64,000 nucleotides of DNA from a virus. The stretch is from positions 25,854 through 89,853 of IMG/VR virus record IMGVR_UViG_3300044859_002168. One strand, given 5' to 3'. Below the pieces are notes generated by a model, which saw only the letters and a list, made by a program, of their open reading frames with translations, did not search any database and was not told the origin of the DNA. Position 1 is the stretch's first letter, and every line of letters begins with the position of its first letter. Shown here one piece after another: positions 49,284 through 62,165 of the stretch. The position numbers and the translations under genes were made by a program.

Positions 49284-50144
49284 TTACTTACCAAGTATAG
49301 TTTTCATATCCATGTTCATAATAGTTGACATAATATCTTTTGGAACTCGGAACTCTTGATAGGTCTCATCGTCTTTGAGTAATACTACAATACATCCCAA
49401 TAGTTTGATGTTCTCATATTTTGTCCCTTCCAACATCTTAACCAATAACTTACCGTAAAAAGGTAGTTGAAGATAGTAGTGACCCAATGCGTTGTTTGGG
49501 TATGAATCAAACGGAGCGTACATTGATTTTGTAAACCTATTGGTTTCAAAGTTTTTTTCTTTGTTTGTCTTCCAATCCGTAATTAACAAACCAAACTCAT
49601 CACCTTTAGCATTCACAGTCAACCATACCTTATCGGGTTGTCCTGTATAACCCAACTCAGGATGACCCAATACCATTTCCGTATCTAACAAAGCCAAACC
49701 TCGTTGTTCTGACAAATCAAGGTAATGTTTACCAGCACGAATCATGGAGTCACTTTTCGCTTGAGCAAAAATGTCACACTCAAAAACAGGTTGACGAACT
49801 TCCTTATAACCCCCATTTCGGGCAATGGTCTCAGTTTCCAAATGAAAGTGGGTTCTACTTCCCAAGTTGGTGGATTCAAGCCCAAGTTGTTTCCACTCTT
49901 CCATCAAACGTTCGGCTTCAATGTAGTCACCACCCGACTTTTTAAATGCAGCCTCTTCAGTTGGGAACTCATCATAAAACTTCTTCAACACCTTTGATAC
50001 TGATGGAAAGTTATCACGGACGTTACCATCCAAATCTTTCATCAAGTATTTGTGCTCATCTTCAAAGAACTCTAATCCAAATTCTTCTCGTTTCTTCTCA
50101 ATAATCAAACGGATGTCTTCCGCAGTCTCGTTTAGGTTTATCAT
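49284..50144 (-). CDS. PD-(D/E)XK exonuclease
   Basis: PSVSKVL, GSRTH, GQPD, ITDWKT, YYLQL..Y. Confidence 0.8.
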   Translation of the reverse strand: MINLNETAEDIRLIIEKKREEFGLEFFEDEHKYLMKDLDGNVRDNFPSVSKVLKKFYDEFPTEEAAFKKSGGDYIEAERLMEEWKQLGLESTNLGSRTHFHLETETIARNGGYKEVRQPVFECDIFAQAKSDSMIRAGKHYLDLSEQRGLALLDTEMVLGHPELGYTGQPDKVWLTVNAKGDEFGLLITDWKTNKEKNFETNRFTKSMYAPFDSYPNNALGHYYLQLPFYGKLLVKMLEGTKYENIKLLGCIVVLLKDDETYQEFRVPKDIMSTIMNMDMKTILGK

Positions 50145-51055
50145 TTTATTTCGTAGTAGTATTCGTCAATCTTGCCTTTTAAGTCACATACGTCCTTATC
50201 CTTCGGCAATTTAAGGATTTTAATTCTATTATACAAGCGTCCACCGTTTAAGTTGTGATAGACTCTAAGTGCGTTTTCCCAAGCGTCACCATCCAAACAA
50301 ATGTGGATATCACCCTGAACTTTTTCATATAGGGTGGTAAACAAATTCTCAGATAACATCTTTCCTAACATAGGGATTGGGTTGGGTAAAAAGAAACCGT
50401 CAAATACACCTTCACAAAGATACACATCTTTTGTCCAATCTATTCTACTTTCATTAAAAATAATTTCATCTTTTGGAACTGATGGGTTTTTATATTTCAT
50501 TTTCTTCGGTGTCCACGCTCGGGCAACAAAGTAATTCAGTTTACCTTCCATGTCATATGACGGAACAATAATCCTGTAGGCGTAATCACCGGTGACTGTA
50601 TATCCAATGTCGTATTTCTGAATTATATCATCAGTGATACCACGAGAATAAAGATAGGTAATCGCCTCACGGTGTGGTATGAACCTTATGTTAGAGTCTT
50701 CAAACTTTTTATAACCTTCAGGTAGTCGTGCCCATACTTTTGGTTTTTCTCTAACAAACTCTTCAGGTGGACGGATAAGTTCGTATGTCTTCTTTTGTTG
50801 TTTGGTCCCAAAATGGTCAAGTAACTTACCGAGGGGTCCTTGGGTTCCGTTAGTTTCGGAACAAGCCCAACATTTGTAAACCCCTCGGATGTAATTGATT
50901 TCCAAGTTACCCTTACCATCAGACTCAAGACCCTTTTCTTGGGCACATACGGGACAGTCAAAAGATATCTGTCCCTTTGACTCATAGTGTTGTTTCTCAT
51001 TACCCAATACGTCAATGAGAAGTTCTACTATTACGTCGTTTTCTTGAGTCATCAT
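50141..51055 (-). CDS. DNA primase (Zn finger plus TOPRIM)
   Basis: CPVC...CWAC, YL.SRGI, CEGVFD, CLDGDA, KDVCD. Confidence 0.88.
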   Translation of the reverse strand: MMTQENDVIVELLIDVLGNEKQHYESKGQISFDCPVCAQEKGLESDGKGNLEINYIRGVYKCWACSETNGTQGPLGKLLDHFGTKQQKKTYELIRPPEEFVREKPKVWARLPEGYKKFEDSNIRFIPHREAITYLYSRGITDDIIQKYDIGYTVTGDYAYRIIVPSYDMEGKLNYFVARAWTPKKMKYKNPSVPKDEIIFNESRIDWTKDVYLCEGVFDGFFLPNPIPMLGKMLSENLFTTLYEKVQGDIHICLDGDAWENALRVYHNLNGGRLYNRIKILKLPKDKDVCDLKGKIDEYYYEIK

Positions 51056-51077
51056 TCAAAGATAGTAAAGTTTACCA

Positions 51078-51458
51078 TCAATTCCAAATAATATTTTTGA
51101 TTTTGAAAGAACCGTAATGTTTTACGTTCAAACCAACTAGCTCACAAAATGACTCTACAGAATCTTCAAGTTTCCTTCTGAAGAATTTATTCAGTTTAAC
51201 CTTGGATATACCTGATTTAGTGAGAATATCATTATTCAACCATTCAGATTTTCCACCTACACTAGCATAAATTTTACCTTGAAAAATAACATCTACTTCG
51301 TGAAAGTAAGGGGCCCAACTGTAATCAGTTTTGTACTTACGAATTTTTTTGAATTTAAGTACACCGTCAAGTTGATTATTAGAAACCAAAACACCTTTTT
51401 TACTCAATTTTTGGACTATGGTGTTGAGTTTTGGGTCTTTGATGAGTTCCTTTTCCAT
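51078..51458 (-). CDS. hypothetical protein
   Basis: ORF; TACCTTTG at 51463-51470, 4 nt from the ATG. Confidence 0.7.
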   Translation of the reverse strand: MEKELIKDPKLNTIVQKLSKKGVLVSNNQLDGVLKFKKIRKYKTDYSWAPYFHEVDVIFQGKIYASVGGKSEWLNNDILTKSGISKVKLNKFFRRKLEDSVESFCELVGLNVKHYGSFKIKNIIWN

Positions 51459-51486
51459 ACCTCAAAGGTATGACAAGTTTTTTAAA

Positions 51487-52083
51487 CTACCAAATTTTTT
51501 CTGTATTCATATACCCAAGAACACAAGTATATGAATCACTCATATCAAAGTTTTCCTTCTTAAGTGTATTGTTCTTAGTATAGAGCCAAGTAATTTGTGG
51601 TTCTTTCTTAGCAACTTGTTGCCAAATGATTTCTTTCTTGTCGGCGTTTTTGGGATACCCACCAAATAAAACAAACTTGTTCTTATCGTTCTTTTGAACC
51701 AATTCAGGAAATGCAGCCTTACGAGCGTTGTACGTTGAAATAAGTTCAGGTATAACACCCAACACATCCCACACCTCTTTACAGATTAGAGTGTTGTATC
51801 TCATAAGAGTTCCTACAGTATAAACATTATTTGAGTTCAACAATGGTTCCTCAATAATAACTTTTGTAATACCCAAATCTTTATATTCAATTAATTTTTG
51901 ACGAAAAATTTCACTCTTACGAATTAGTTCCTCAATCTTATTTTCACTCTTTGGTTTTGGTACCGGTGATACGTGAGTTAATTCCAATAATTGTTGGGAT
52001 GGTATATCAAAAAGTGCAATACCGATTGTTTTAGTACTCACATCTAAACCAAGTACTTTTGGTGTGTTTTGGAATTTTGTCAT
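51487..52083 (-). CDS. RuvC-like Holliday junction resolvase
   Basis: VLGLDVSTKTIG, VIIEEP, FDMSDS. Confidence 0.75.
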   Translation of the reverse strand: MTKFQNTPKVLGLDVSTKTIGIALFDIPSQQLLELTHVSPVPKPKSENKIEELIRKSEIFRQKLIEYKDLGITKVIIEEPLLNSNNVYTVGTLMRYNTLICKEVWDVLGVIPELISTYNARKAAFPELVQKNDKNKFVLFGGYPKNADKKEIIWQQVAKKEPQITWLYTKNNTLKKENFDMSDSYTCVLGYMNTEKIW

Positions 52084-52084
52084 A

Positions 52085-54274
52085 TTAAAAGTCTAACTTC
52101 ACCACAAACTGTTGAATACCCTGTCTTTTAACAGGAGATTGTAGCTTAGAAATAACTATAAGGTCTTTGGCGGAATCGTAAAGTCCAATTTCCGTAATAT
52201 AGGGATTTGTACCAAATACATACGATGGATTTGATGAAGAAGTAAACTGATTTTGCCCCAAATTAATCAAATACTTCATTTCATAAATGGTTGCTTGAAT
52301 ATCTGTTTCTAAATTACCATAGAAGAAATACTCATCACCAAAGTTCAAAACATTTGGTTCATTTAACTCAGGTAAGTCAATATAATTCGCCAAGTTGTAA
52401 GTTGTTGCTCCTGTGTAATCTTCAAGTGATACTTGGAACACTTGACCTGTTACTCCACTCACAGGAATAAATCCATTAACCAAAGTTATCTGACTTGTTA
52501 CATCAATTTCTTTCCATGCGGTAGCACTTGGTTTTGTGTCACCCGATATTTTTTGAACCAACAACTTCATTGAAGTTGCAGTAAATCCTGTTAGTGGGTC
52601 TTCACCCATAAATGGAAACTCATCTCCGAATCTAACGGCAACATTCTGTGAAATTGTACCAACAGTTTTAATAGGTCCTGAAATCTTAGAGTAGTAATTA
52701 CAATGTAATGAGTCTGTGAATCCTGTAGTATCAAATCTATATGTTAACCATAATTTATCAGCCTCATTATCCAATATACCTGTAGATGTCTCATCAGTGA
52801 AACAAGAGTTTGGTGTTAATAAACTTAATTGTGGTGCAGGTAATGTCCAGTTTCTATTTGCTTTGTATGACATTGCAGCAATAACTTCCTCATCATCAAT
52901 AATCACAATTTCTTGGTCAGGGAAGACTTTACCAATACGATTCAAATTACCATTAGCATTGGCATTTAAATCATATAAATGATAGTATCTAATACCCGGG
53001 TCATTCATGTCAGCATTCTCAGTTGACTTTATGTATTGAGGATAACACAAGTCATAACCTGGAGGGTCAATATAAAACACTTCACCAATTGTAGTTCCTG
53101 TGGTTTTGTGCCACATCAATGTAGGAATTGTCAATTTAAAACTTCTTGCTAATCCTGGGTCAGTTGTTGGATTCTGTGGGTCAAATGGATTTGTCGCAAA
53201 TTTCTCACCATAAACATTATCAATAGATTGATTTGTGTAGTGAATAATTGCAATGGCTTTTTGTTCTCTTGGTTCAACAATAATCTTATCATTAAATGAA
53301 TTGTAATAGAACGTAGAACTTGTATCAGTTTGACCACTATTTTGTTGGTAACCCAAATATTCTTTAGTTCCAATATAATCCACCGAACCATAATATGGAT
53401 ATGATTCATAAAGGTTTGAGAATACACCTGCAGGGCTTTCACTCCATGGAATATTCATATTCCAAATAGGTGTTATCTCACGTTGGGATACATCACACGG
53501 ACTTTCAAAATTAAATGAATCGTTTTGCCAATAAGGTGCCGGTGTTACAGTATCATACAACTGAGTCATTCCTGAAGGGTAAATTAATACTCTACCAATG
53601 GTTCCACCAGGTAAACTTGAATAATCAGGTACCGGCCTATCCAAAGTCAAATTCCAAGTTGTTGTTCCTGTAGTTCCTGTTGTAGGGTTTAAACTAAGAA
53701 TTTGATAAGTTAAAATTGGTGATGTTGTAAACTCACCTGTATTACTACCATTACCATCCAAATACATAACGATGATATCACCAATACTTGGTGTTCCTGA
53801 TGTGGTCGCCGCAAAGTCATAATTGATAGTTACACCACTTGTTTGACCCGTTAAGGTTCCCATATCAACAATATAATTTGATGTTACGGTATAGGCTGAT
53901 GAAGTTTGTGCTGAGAAGGGATATGAGGAACCTGTGAAAAATCCTAAAGGCGATTGTGAATTGTAAATAGGTTCAACTTGAGCATCCATGAATGGAATAC
54001 CATATGTGTTACCTGAAGTACCATCAACATATAACGGATATTTAATATTTTGTTTGTTTGATTGTGGTGAACCGGTATCATTTTGAGCATTAAATGCCGG
54101 CATTAAAATACTGTTATTTGTTAAATTATAATTCGGTACTGCAGTATAATTAACCTCACTATCACCGATTGAAAAATATGATACTACGAAATTACCCTGC
54201 GATATATTTCTTCTACCAACATCAGTGATTCTTGTGTTGATTAACCCCGCGGTATTTTTGATAATGTATGCCAT
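52085..54274 (-). CDS. virion structural protein, tail-collar/baseplate-type
   Basis: N-terminal ITDVGR...FSIGDSE; C-terminal YITEIGLYD...ISKL..PV....FVVKLDF. Confidence 0.65.
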   Translation of the reverse strand: MAYIIKNTAGLINTRITDVGRRNISQGNFVVSYFSIGDSEVNYTAVPNYNLTNNSILMPAFNAQNDTGSPQSNKQNIKYPLYVDGTSGNTYGIPFMDAQVEPIYNSQSPLGFFTGSSYPFSAQTSSAYTVTSNYIVDMGTLTGQTSGVTINYDFAATTSGTPSIGDIIVMYLDGNGSNTGEFTTSPILTYQILSLNPTTGTTGTTTWNLTLDRPVPDYSSLPGGTIGRVLIYPSGMTQLYDTVTPAPYWQNDSFNFESPCDVSQREITPIWNMNIPWSESPAGVFSNLYESYPYYGSVDYIGTKEYLGYQQNSGQTDTSSTFYYNSFNDKIIVEPREQKAIAIIHYTNQSIDNVYGEKFATNPFDPQNPTTDPGLARSFKLTIPTLMWHKTTGTTIGEVFYIDPPGYDLCYPQYIKSTENADMNDPGIRYYHLYDLNANANGNLNRIGKVFPDQEIVIIDDEEVIAAMSYKANRNWTLPAPQLSLLTPNSCFTDETSTGILDNEADKLWLTYRFDTTGFTDSLHCNYYSKISGPIKTVGTISQNVAVRFGDEFPFMGEDPLTGFTATSMKLLVQKISGDTKPSATAWKEIDVTSQITLVNGFIPVSGVTGQVFQVSLEDYTGATTYNLANYIDLPELNEPNVLNFGDEYFFYGNLETDIQATIYEMKYLINLGQNQFTSSSNPSYVFGTNPYITEIGLYDSAKDLIVISKLQSPVKRQGIQQFVVKLDF

Positions 54275-54300
54275 CTATATTAAATACTTATAAAGAAATT

Positions 54301-56301
54301 TTATACCCCACCACCAGCTTGATTAGCCCCAAGAGTGTGTTGCATTATTGCAGTTCCTTCACTACTTACAACAGCACAACATATACATCCTGATATAGAC
54401 TGATTGGTTGTTGATACTGTAATATTTTGTTTAAGGACAGTTGCACATCCCTGAACAATTCTTGGGAGAGTAACTTCCATATCAGATACTGATGTACCAC
54501 TCACAACATCGTTATAACCCATTGTAATTGTTGTATAGGTTGAAATATCAACGGTTTGTGTTTGAGTATTTGGTGAACAATATGGTCTATTAGTTGTTGA
54601 TGAACTTGATACTGGTGTGGTTGTTAATGTTGCGTTGTTTTTCTTAACTACATTTGTATAATCAATTATACCGTCACCAGGTCTCTGAACCAATTGGTCA
54701 TTATTAATTAATAAATCAAATGTAATTTGTGTACCTTGTGGGATTGGTGGTATAATATTAACCTTCCAAGTCATTGACTCTTGATTTACTCCAATTGGAT
54801 TTGATAGTTTTTGAATTCCAATACTATAAGTTGTTGTCAATCCTTGGTTTGCCACAGTTGTTACTTGTGAGTATTCGTCACCGTTACTGTCTTTAACAAC
54901 CACACTATAACTTCCACCACATAAATTGGAGAAGATATTTGAACTTTGGAATGTTGTTCCATTGTTAATTGAATATTGGTATGGTGCGGTTCCACCTATT
55001 GGATTTATAAGGATTGAACCGTTACAAACATTTTCACAGTTTGCCAAACTTGTTAAGATTTGAGCTGATAAGAACACGGCAGTTGAACAAGATTCATCCT
55101 GAACACTTACTGTTGCAGGGATTTCAGAACCAACTGAATACCAACCACTCAATGGTGGTACTGTTGGTGATTGTGAGTTAAGTGTTCCACCATATGCTGT
55201 GTATCCACTCGTTACCCACACACCTTGATTTGGGTTCCAAATAACATTATATCCTGAACCATTAGTCCAAGATGGTTTGCCATTAACAACACCATTTGGT
55301 GTAAACTCAATTTGAACAGGAACTTGTTCTTGCCAAATAATATTAAAACACAAAGTAGGATAAACTGGTGAAGGTGTTGGTGTCATGGTTGGTGTTAATG
55401 TTGGTGTTGGAGTTGGTGACGGAACTATCATTGAACATGTAGTTGTTGCCGTAAAATCTTTATAGTAATCAACAACAGTTACCGTATAGTCTCCACCACC
55501 TAAATTAAATAGGTATGGTGTTTTTTGTCCACCCTCCCAAGTAATATTATAAGGAGCAGTTCCACCTGTTATTCTCAAATACAATTTTCCATCGTAACTT
55601 GTTGAAGACGATGGGTTGGTTCCATAACATTCAACCCCAAGTGGAAACAATGTAATTACATCACAATTGTTTGCCAATTTTGTGAAGGATTGATTACTTG
55701 GAGTAATCGTTGGAGTAGGTGTTAAAGTTGGTGTGGGTGTTGGTGTCTTTGTATTTGTCGGTGTTGGCGTAAGAGTATTTGTTGCCGTTATTGAAGGTGT
55801 CGGTGTTGGTGTTACACAAGACGTTGACGCTGGTACCCCCAATTTAACAACACCGTTGTATGGCTTTGTGTAATCAAAAATAATTGCGGTTTCTTCTCCG
55901 TTCCCTTCTTGGAACACTCCACAACAATCATAATAATAATATTGTCCTGTGGTATAACCTGAACCACAAACTATTGATGTTGGTGTGGGTGTGTGGTTTG
56001 GAGTTCTTGTTGGGAATGGACTTGGGGTAAAAGAAGGTTCAGGAGTATCCTCACAAGGATAAAGTAATATACCCTCAAAATTAATATAACCTGTTCCACC
56101 ATTTTCAATATAAACATCCTCAGAATCTGAGTAAGCACCGCTTTCTTGACAACCACAAACACTGTAAAAATTACCAGGTTGGACTGTTGCACTTTGTAAT
56201 GTTGTACCATCGTTGCAGGAGTATGAGTAAAAAATCTGAGGTAAATCAGATTCGTTCCACACCATCCATCTAATACAAGTAGTACAAGCCATCAGGGACA
56301 A
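54301..56301 (-). CDS. Thr-Pro repeat, Cys-rich protein with SprB-like repeats
   Basis: TPTPT tracts; [10 protein letters not shown] and [13 protein letters not shown]...[16 protein letters not shown]. Confidence 0.75.
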   Translation of the reverse strand: MSLMACTTCIRWMVWNESDLPQIFYSYSCNDGTTLQSATVQPGNFYSVCGCQESGAYSDSEDVYIENGGTGYINFEGILLYPCEDTPEPSFTPSPFPTRTPNHTPTPTSIVCGSGYTTGQYYYYDCCGVFQEGNGEETAIIFDYTKPYNGVVKLGVPASTSCVTPTPTPSITATNTLTPTPTNTKTPTPTPTLTPTPTITPSNQSFTKLANNCDVITLFPLGVECYGTNPSSSTSYDGKLYLRITGGTAPYNITWEGGQKTPYLFNLGGGDYTVTVVDYYKDFTATTTCSMIVPSPTPTPTLTPTMTPTPSPVYPTLCFNIIWQEQVPVQIEFTPNGVVNGKPSWTNGSGYNVIWNPNQGVWVTSGYTAYGGTLNSQSPTVPPLSGWYSVGSEIPATVSVQDESCSTAVFLSAQILTSLANCENVCNGSILINPIGGTAPYQYSINNGTTFQSSNIFSNLCGGSYSVVVKDSNGDEYSQVTTVANQGLTTTYSIGIQKLSNPIGVNQESMTWKVNIIPPIPQGTQITFDLLINNDQLVQRPGDGIIDYTNVVKKNNATLTTTPVSSSSTTNRPYCSPNTQTQTVDISTYTTITMGYNDVVSGTSVSDMEVTLPRIVQGCATVLKQNITVSTTNQSISGCICCAVVSSEGTAIMQHTLGANQAGGGV

Positions 56302-56939
56302 ATAATAAAGTCAATTATGATTCCTGTTGAATCTATTTGTACCGCATATGTACTAGCACCAAATGTCATTTTTCTCCACCTATTAATTTGATTTACCGGA
56401 TTGTATAAAATACCTCCAAGATTTGTTGAATAAACCTCTACACCCAATACAGGTATTGTTGGTGTATCAACATAATAAGTATAGTATTGAGTTACCAAAA
56501 GTGAATCATCACAAACACCTGAATAACCAACATATAGATTAGCACCTATGGTGTGTCCATATACAAGTGGTGTTGGAGTTGGGGTTGGCGTTTTAGTTGG
56601 TGTTGGAGTTGGTGATGCAGCAATACTTGTTGATACCGATGGAGTTACTGTTGGAGTAACAGTTTTTGTTGGCGTGGGTGTTGGAGTCTTTGAAGACGTA
56701 GGTGTCATTGTTGGTGTTGGGGTAGGTGTTATCGCTACCGTGTGGTAAATAATACAACCAGCAACATCTACAATTTTGATTGTAAAATTTTCTGTGGCAT
56801 ATGTGTCATCAACTTCAAACACATACGGTGCATTTGCAACAGTTGAGACATAGGTACAACTACCACTTAAAGCATCACAAACATACACCTCAAAAGGAGT
56901 GTTAGCTGTAATTGTAGTTATTTCTATATTAACTGGCAT
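56292..56939 (-). CDS. Thr-Pro repeat protein
   Basis: N-terminal domain shared with 56957-58216; TATTTATA at 56944-56951. Confidence 0.8.
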   Translation of the reverse strand: MPVNIEITTITANTPFEVYVCDALSGSCTYVSTVANAPYVFEVDDTYATENFTIKIVDVAGCIIYHTVAITPTPTPTMTPTSSKTPTPTPTKTVTPTVTPSVSTSIAASPTPTPTKTPTPTPTPLVYGHTIGANLYVGYSGVCDDSLLVTQYYTYYVDTPTIPVLGVEVYSTNLGGILYNPVNQINRWRKMTFGASTYAVQIDSTGIIIDFIICP

Positions 56940-56956
56940 CAGTTATAAATAATATT

Positions 56957-58216
56957 TTATTGGTATTTTATGTATACCGGTTGATTAACAACAAAATTTA
57001 TTGGCGAACCCGAAATCAACACAAGTTGTCCCGCTTGAAGTGGTGCGGTTTCATCGTGGAAGAAGTTAAAACCATCAATAGCAAAACTAACCGTATTACC
57101 ACTATATGTTGCCGTCGCCCCACTTTGAGTAAATGTAATTGAATAAAAATTGGTTGTTAACAAATCAGAGTAATAACTGTATCTGTTTACACCATCCATA
57201 TCCACATAACTCCAATATACCGCCCTATCAGAAACTGCGAATTGGTTTGGTGTGGTGATTCCTGTTGATGTAATATAATTTAAGAATACCGTATCACCTG
57301 TTGGTGGTAGGTTGAAGTTTGTGTTTAACATATAACCAAAACCAACTATAGGTCCTGATGACGGAGTTGGTGTTGGTGTTACAGTACTACTTGGGGTTAA
57401 TCCCGGTGTTACTGACGGTGTTGGTGTAGGCGATTGAGTAGCCTCAGGAGTAATTGAAGGTGTTACCGAAGATGTTGGTGTCGGACTTACAATTAAGGAA
57501 CTAGTTGGGGTTATAGTGTTTGTTGGAGTAACTGATGGACTTACTGTTATACTTGGTGTAATAGTTTGAGTTGGTGTTAACGAATTTGTCGGAGTTACTG
57601 TTGGGGTTACTGTAACTGTTGAAGTTGGTGTTATTGTTGGAGTTGGCGTTTGAGTTGATGTCGGTGTTTGGGTTGGAGTTTCAGTTGGGGTTGGAGTTTG
57701 AGTCGTTGTTTGTGAAGGTGTGTTAGTTGGTGTGTATGTTGGAGTAACTGTAGGAGTTGGTGTTTTACTTGTTGTTGGGGTAAGTGAATTTGTTGGTGTT
57801 ACTGTAGGCGTTAACGAATTTGTTGGGGTTGAAGTTTTAGTAGGTGTAACGGTTGGGGTTGAAGTTTTGGTTACAGTTGGTGTCGGTGTTTGTGTTGTAG
57901 TACTAGTTTGAGTTACTGTGCTTGTTGGTGTAATCGATGGAGTTAAACTTATTGACGGTGTAACAGTCGGCGTTGGTGTAGGAGTTACGGTATAAGCAAT
58001 TGATGTGATACCTGTTATCACACAATTTTCATCATCCACAACTTTAACCATGTAACTATCACCATTGTTATATGGTGATGGTATATCAAATATGTACGGT
58101 AAATCACCAGTTACAATAGTTGATATGTAAAAGCACGAGGTACCACCACTTTGACAGATATAAACGTCATATGGTGACGTTCCTGTAAGAGAATTGATTG
58201 TAACTTTTATTGCCAT
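56957..58216 (-). CDS. Thr-Pro (mucin-like) repeat protein
   Basis: About 210 aa TPT/TPS tract between two globular domains. Confidence 0.8.
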   Translation of the reverse strand: MAIKVTINSLTGTSPYDVYICQSGGTSCFYISTIVTGDLPYIFDIPSPYNNGDSYMVKVVDDENCVITGITSIAYTVTPTPTPTVTPSISLTPSITPTSTVTQTSTTTQTPTPTVTKTSTPTVTPTKTSTPTNSLTPTVTPTNSLTPTTSKTPTPTVTPTYTPTNTPSQTTTQTPTPTETPTQTPTSTQTPTPTITPTSTVTVTPTVTPTNSLTPTQTITPSITVSPSVTPTNTITPTSSLIVSPTPTSSVTPSITPEATQSPTPTPSVTPGLTPSSTVTPTPTPSSGPIVGFGYMLNTNFNLPPTGDTVFLNYITSTGITTPNQFAVSDRAVYWSYVDMDGVNRYSYYSDLLTTNFYSITFTQSGATATYSGNTVSFAIDGFNFFHDETAPLQAGQLVLISGSPINFVVNQPVYIKYQ

Positions 58217-58217
58217 T

Positions 58218-61200
58218 TTAACACTCCGTAATTGTTGATGGTGTAATTGATTTAACCCTCAGAACACTTCTTGATACCGTGCTCGGTAATGATGTATTTT
58301 GACAAAACTCACAAGTTGATGAAACATAAGTTTTAGAACCTGAGGTCTGACCTTGTTGAATAAATACTGTTAAGTCTTCCGTGGTATTACCCAAACAATC
58401 AAATCTTTCAATTTCAAATACAATTTTAACTTGTTGAATTGCCGAAACAACAATGTTATTATTTGTTAAGAACACAGTTATTTTATTAGATGTTGTTGTG
58501 TAACCACCACATTGGTCAGGTAGATTGTTACCAAAGTTTTCATCCGTCCAAGTAATACACCCAGTTTGAATAGTACCCGAATTTGAAGTCGCACAAGACT
58601 CACAATTTTCATATACAACAGTACTTAAACCATTGAAGTAATTACCACTATAATTAACAATATTTGTGTTACCAACAGGGTAGTAACTTTGATATTGTCC
58701 AACATAATTCCAACAGTTTCCTTCAGCATCTTGGAATGAACCACCATTGGTAATTGCGAATTCTACAAATGAAGTTTGAAGAACGGTTGTTTGTGGATAA
58801 TCAAATCCGTTTAATGTACAAGTTTGAAATACGTAAATCCAAGCCACGTTAGTTGATGAAGGTGTAGGCGTTATTGTTGGTGTAACCGTTGGTGAAGGTG
58901 TTATTGTTGGTGTAACCGTTGGAGTTGGAGTGAAAGCAACTTCACAATTCACACAATTACCATACATGGCTTTAATTTGAGTAACATTTGAGTTAGCCGA
59001 AACATTGTCATCGTTTCTAACATAAGTTAAACAGAAGTCGTAACCATCCAACACTCCCAAGAATGTAGTTCCAACAACCAAAGGTGTTCCACTGAATACC
59101 AACGAATCATTTGTATAGAACTCAAGGTCACTTTGACAATCCTTAAGAACTTTAGTTGTGACACATGTGAATGTTTCGTCAATAAATCTATAGGTTACCG
59201 CTCCAGCAACATCCACAGTTCTTGTCGGACTTAAAGATAATGTTGGAGTTGGTGATGGAGTTTCAGGTAAGAATCTTTCAAAATCAAAATCAATACCCGT
59301 ATTACATGTAGGTGTTGATGGTGTCGGTGTTGGCGTAACTGCAAACTTGGTAAATTCAAAATTAACTACGTCACAAGTTATTGATGGTGTTGGTGACGGA
59401 TATGGGACATAATCACAATCAAAATACGCAACAAAATCTAAAGTGTTACAATTTATTGGTGAAGGTGTTGGTGTTGGACAAGGTCCTGTTGTAAAGTAGT
59501 TGGCTGAAATGTCAGGACAAGGATTATAACATGGGTGTGCTCCCTCCAATAAACAACTACCACCCAAAGTATCACTTAAACACCAAAATGAACCTGTGTA
59601 GTAAATGTAACCTGTTGTAACACTGTCTCCTGTATAATAATATCTTGAGTTATATGTTCCCCCAATTTCATAGTTACCTGAGTAATCTACCAAATCAGGT
59701 AGACTGGTTCTCAAACAAAATTCTGTAGTTGCACATACACCCACCGATGGTGTTGGTGTTGGTGTTGCGTTTGGTGTTCTTGTTGGGCTTGGTGTAGGAT
59801 TAATCACACAAATACCTGTTTGAACCACAATTACCTCAGAAGGTGCAATTATAGTATCTTCACAAACACAATATGTTGTCACCTCTAAAGGTGCCAATTC
59901 AACGGTCAATTCATTTCCATAACAATCAATATAACTAACTTCAGCAAAGGTAGTGTCACTAGTATTTGTTATATCATATTCCAAACAATTACAAAGAATT
60001 GTTGGGGTGTCTGTTACTGAAGGTGTGATAGTTGGTGTAACCGAAACACTTGGTGTTATAGATACTGATGGTGTAACTGTTGGAGTTGTTGTTGGAGTAA
60101 CTGTTGGTGTTTTTGTAACTGATGGTGTAACAGAAACCGAAGGAGTTACCGACACAGAAGGTGTAATTGATACTGTAGGTGTTAGTGTCGGTGTAATAGA
60201 AACCGAAGGAGTTACCGACACAGAAGGTGTAATTGATACTGTAGGTGTTAGTGTCGGTGTTAGTGTTGGTGTAGGTGTAACTGATGATGTAGGTGTTAGT
60301 GTCGGTGTTTGTGTTTGAGTTGGTGTGGGTGTTGATGAAGGACAGACATATGGTTGATTAGTAAAACAGTCATTACAAGTTAATTGATATGTGAATATGT
60401 GTCCTGTACCGTTGTATAACGGTCCACTTGCAACATAAGGTATTATTGTTGCACAACCTGTAAATGAAGGTCCTGTAATACCATAGGTATCACCCTCATT
60501 TAAAATACCCGATACATTTTGGAATCTAAATAAATTTGTTGCATCACAACAATCTTGGAACAAATACACATCATACGGTTCTGACGATGACGGAGTCATT
60601 GTATTCGTGGGAGTTACAGTATTTGTAGGTGTATTTGTAGGTGTAATTGAAGGTGTTGGTGTTTGTGTTGGAGTATCTGTTGGAGTGATTGAGGGCGTTA
60701 CAGTTGGGGTATTCGTTGGTGTTGCAGTTGGGGTTTCTGTTGGAGTAACCGATGGTGTTACAGTTGAAGTAATTGATGAAGTAGGAGTTATTGTATTAGT
60801 TGGTGTTATTGTATTAGTTGGAGTTGTTGTATGGGTTGGTGTAACTGTTGGTGTTAAAGATTCTGTCGGACTTACTGACGGTGTATTGGTTGGTGTTGTA
60901 GATGGTGTTAATGGTGGTGTACCTGTTGGTGTAACAGAAGATGTTGGAGTTATGGTATTAGTTGGCGTAATTGTTGGAGTAATAGTGTTGGTTGGTGTAA
61001 CACTATTTGTAGGAGTCACCGTTGGAGTTACGGATTCTGTTGGTGTCACAGTAACTGACGGTGTTAAAGAACTTGTTGGCGTAAGTGAAGGTGTATTTGT
61101 AGGAGTATTGGTTGGTGTAAGTGAAGGCGTATTGGTTGGTGTAAGTGTTGGAGTATTCGATGGTGTGTTTGTTGGAGTATTTGTTGGAGTATTTGTTGGT

Positions 61201-62165
61201 GTTAAACTATTTGTTGGTGTATTGGTAGGAGTATTGGTAGGTGTGATGGTTGGTGTATTGGTTGGTGTCTCAGTCGGTGTTGGTGTTGGAGATGGACAAA
61301 TAACACACTCAGAACAATTTGAGAAAATTTCTTTAGATTGTATCAAAACAGAACCTGTACCACCTAAAGTAACACTCTGAACTTCCCAACAAGTACCTAA
61401 GTAAGATATTACATTTCCATTAACAGGAACTGTACATCCCGCAGCATCAATTGATGATGTATTTGTACCGTCACAACAATCTGTTAATGTTGCGGTCCAA
61501 TCAAAACAAGGATTAACTCCTTCACACTCAACACAACCATTATGGAACGTGTTGTAAACACCAATAGACTCACCAGGTGTTCCTGAAATAATTTCAAAAC
61601 AACATCCATCAACATCATATACAAGTCCAACACTTGAATTCGCATTTGGTACCGTAATTGTTAGTTGTACCGTACCAGTACAACAATCTTCTACTAAAAC
61701 ATCTGTCAAAGTTTGTCCTGGCGATACTGTTGGTGTTGGCGTTTGTGTCGGAGTCTTTGTAACCGTTGGTGTTACAGTCGGCGTTTTTGTTTGAGTAGGT
61801 GTAACTGAAGGTGTTATTGTTGGTGTTGTTGTTGGAGTTCTTGTTGGAGTTGGTGAGGTAGGTATTGAGTTTAAAGCAACATTACAACTAACCGCAGTAC
61901 ATTGAGGGTCACTACAATTAGTTGGAACTAAAACAAGTCCTGTAACGGCGGGTTTTAAAGTATCTGTTGCCGAAGGAGCGCCACCACTAGGTCCGTTGTA
62001 AATTACTTCCAAACATAAACCAGAAACACCTACCCCTACAGTTGTAAAGACATCACCAACAATACTAAATTCTACGTCATTATACAAGGCATTACCGAAA
62101 GGGATTTGAACCCTACGGCTTGTTCCTAAACAACACCTTAAAACAACAATATCCCCTACACTCAT
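58218..62165 (-). CDS. large Thr-Pro (mucin-like), Cys-rich modular protein
   Basis: Cys-rich modules (DCC...C..C) separated by long TPT tracts; TATTTAT at 62182-62188. Confidence 0.8.
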   Translation of the reverse strand: MSVGDIVVLRCCLGTSRRVQIPFGNALYNDVEFSIVGDVFTTVGVGVSGLCLEVIYNGPSGGAPSATDTLKPAVTGLVLVPTNCSDPQCTAVSCNVALNSIPTSPTPTRTPTTTPTITPSVTPTQTKTPTVTPTVTKTPTQTPTPTVSPGQTLTDVLVEDCCTGTVQLTITVPNANSSVGLVYDVDGCCFEIISGTPGESIGVYNTFHNGCVECEGVNPCFDWTATLTDCCDGTNTSSIDAAGCTVPVNGNVISYLGTCWEVQSVTLGGTGSVLIQSKEIFSNCSECVICPSPTPTPTETPTNTPTITPTNTPTNTPTNSLTPTNTPTNTPTNTPSNTPTLTPTNTPSLTPTNTPTNTPSLTPTSSLTPSVTVTPTESVTPTVTPTNSVTPTNTITPTITPTNTITPTSSVTPTGTPPLTPSTTPTNTPSVSPTESLTPTVTPTHTTTPTNTITPTNTITPTSSITSTVTPSVTPTETPTATPTNTPTVTPSITPTDTPTQTPTPSITPTNTPTNTVTPTNTMTPSSSEPYDVYLFQDCCDATNLFRFQNVSGILNEGDTYGITGPSFTGCATIIPYVASGPLYNGTGHIFTYQLTCNDCFTNQPYVCPSSTPTPTQTQTPTLTPTSSVTPTPTLTPTLTPTVSITPSVSVTPSVSITPTLTPTVSITPSVSVTPSVSVTPSVTKTPTVTPTTTPTVTPSVSITPSVSVTPTITPSVTDTPTILCNCLEYDITNTSDTTFAEVSYIDCYGNELTVELAPLEVTTYCVCEDTIIAPSEVIVVQTGICVINPTPSPTRTPNATPTPTPSVGVCATTEFCLRTSLPDLVDYSGNYEIGGTYNSRYYYTGDSVTTGYIYYTGSFWCLSDTLGGSCLLEGAHPCYNPCPDISANYFTTGPCPTPTPSPINCNTLDFVAYFDCDYVPYPSPTPSITCDVVNFEFTKFAVTPTPTPSTPTCNTGIDFDFERFLPETPSPTPTLSLSPTRTVDVAGAVTYRFIDETFTCVTTKVLKDCQSDLEFYTNDSLVFSGTPLVVGTTFLGVLDGYDFCLTYVRNDDNVSANSNVTQIKAMYGNCVNCEVAFTPTPTVTPTITPSPTVTPTITPTPSSTNVAWIYVFQTCTLNGFDYPQTTVLQTSFVEFAITNGGSFQDAEGNCWNYVGQYQSYYPVGNTNIVNYSGNYFNGLSTVVYENCESCATSNSGTIQTGCITWTDENFGNNLPDQCGGYTTTSNKITVFLTNNNIVVSAIQQVKIVFEIERFDCLGNTTEDLTVFIQQGQTSGSKTYVSSTCEFCQNTSLPSTVSRSVLRVKSITPSTITEC
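60132..60260. repeat. exact 63-bp direct repeat, period 66 bp
   Basis: 60132-60194 is identical to 60198-60260. Confidence 0.85.

Noticed and set aside
56548-61380. Plus-strand Val-Gly repeat ORFs
   Set aside because: Antisense shadows of the Thr-Pro codon tracts
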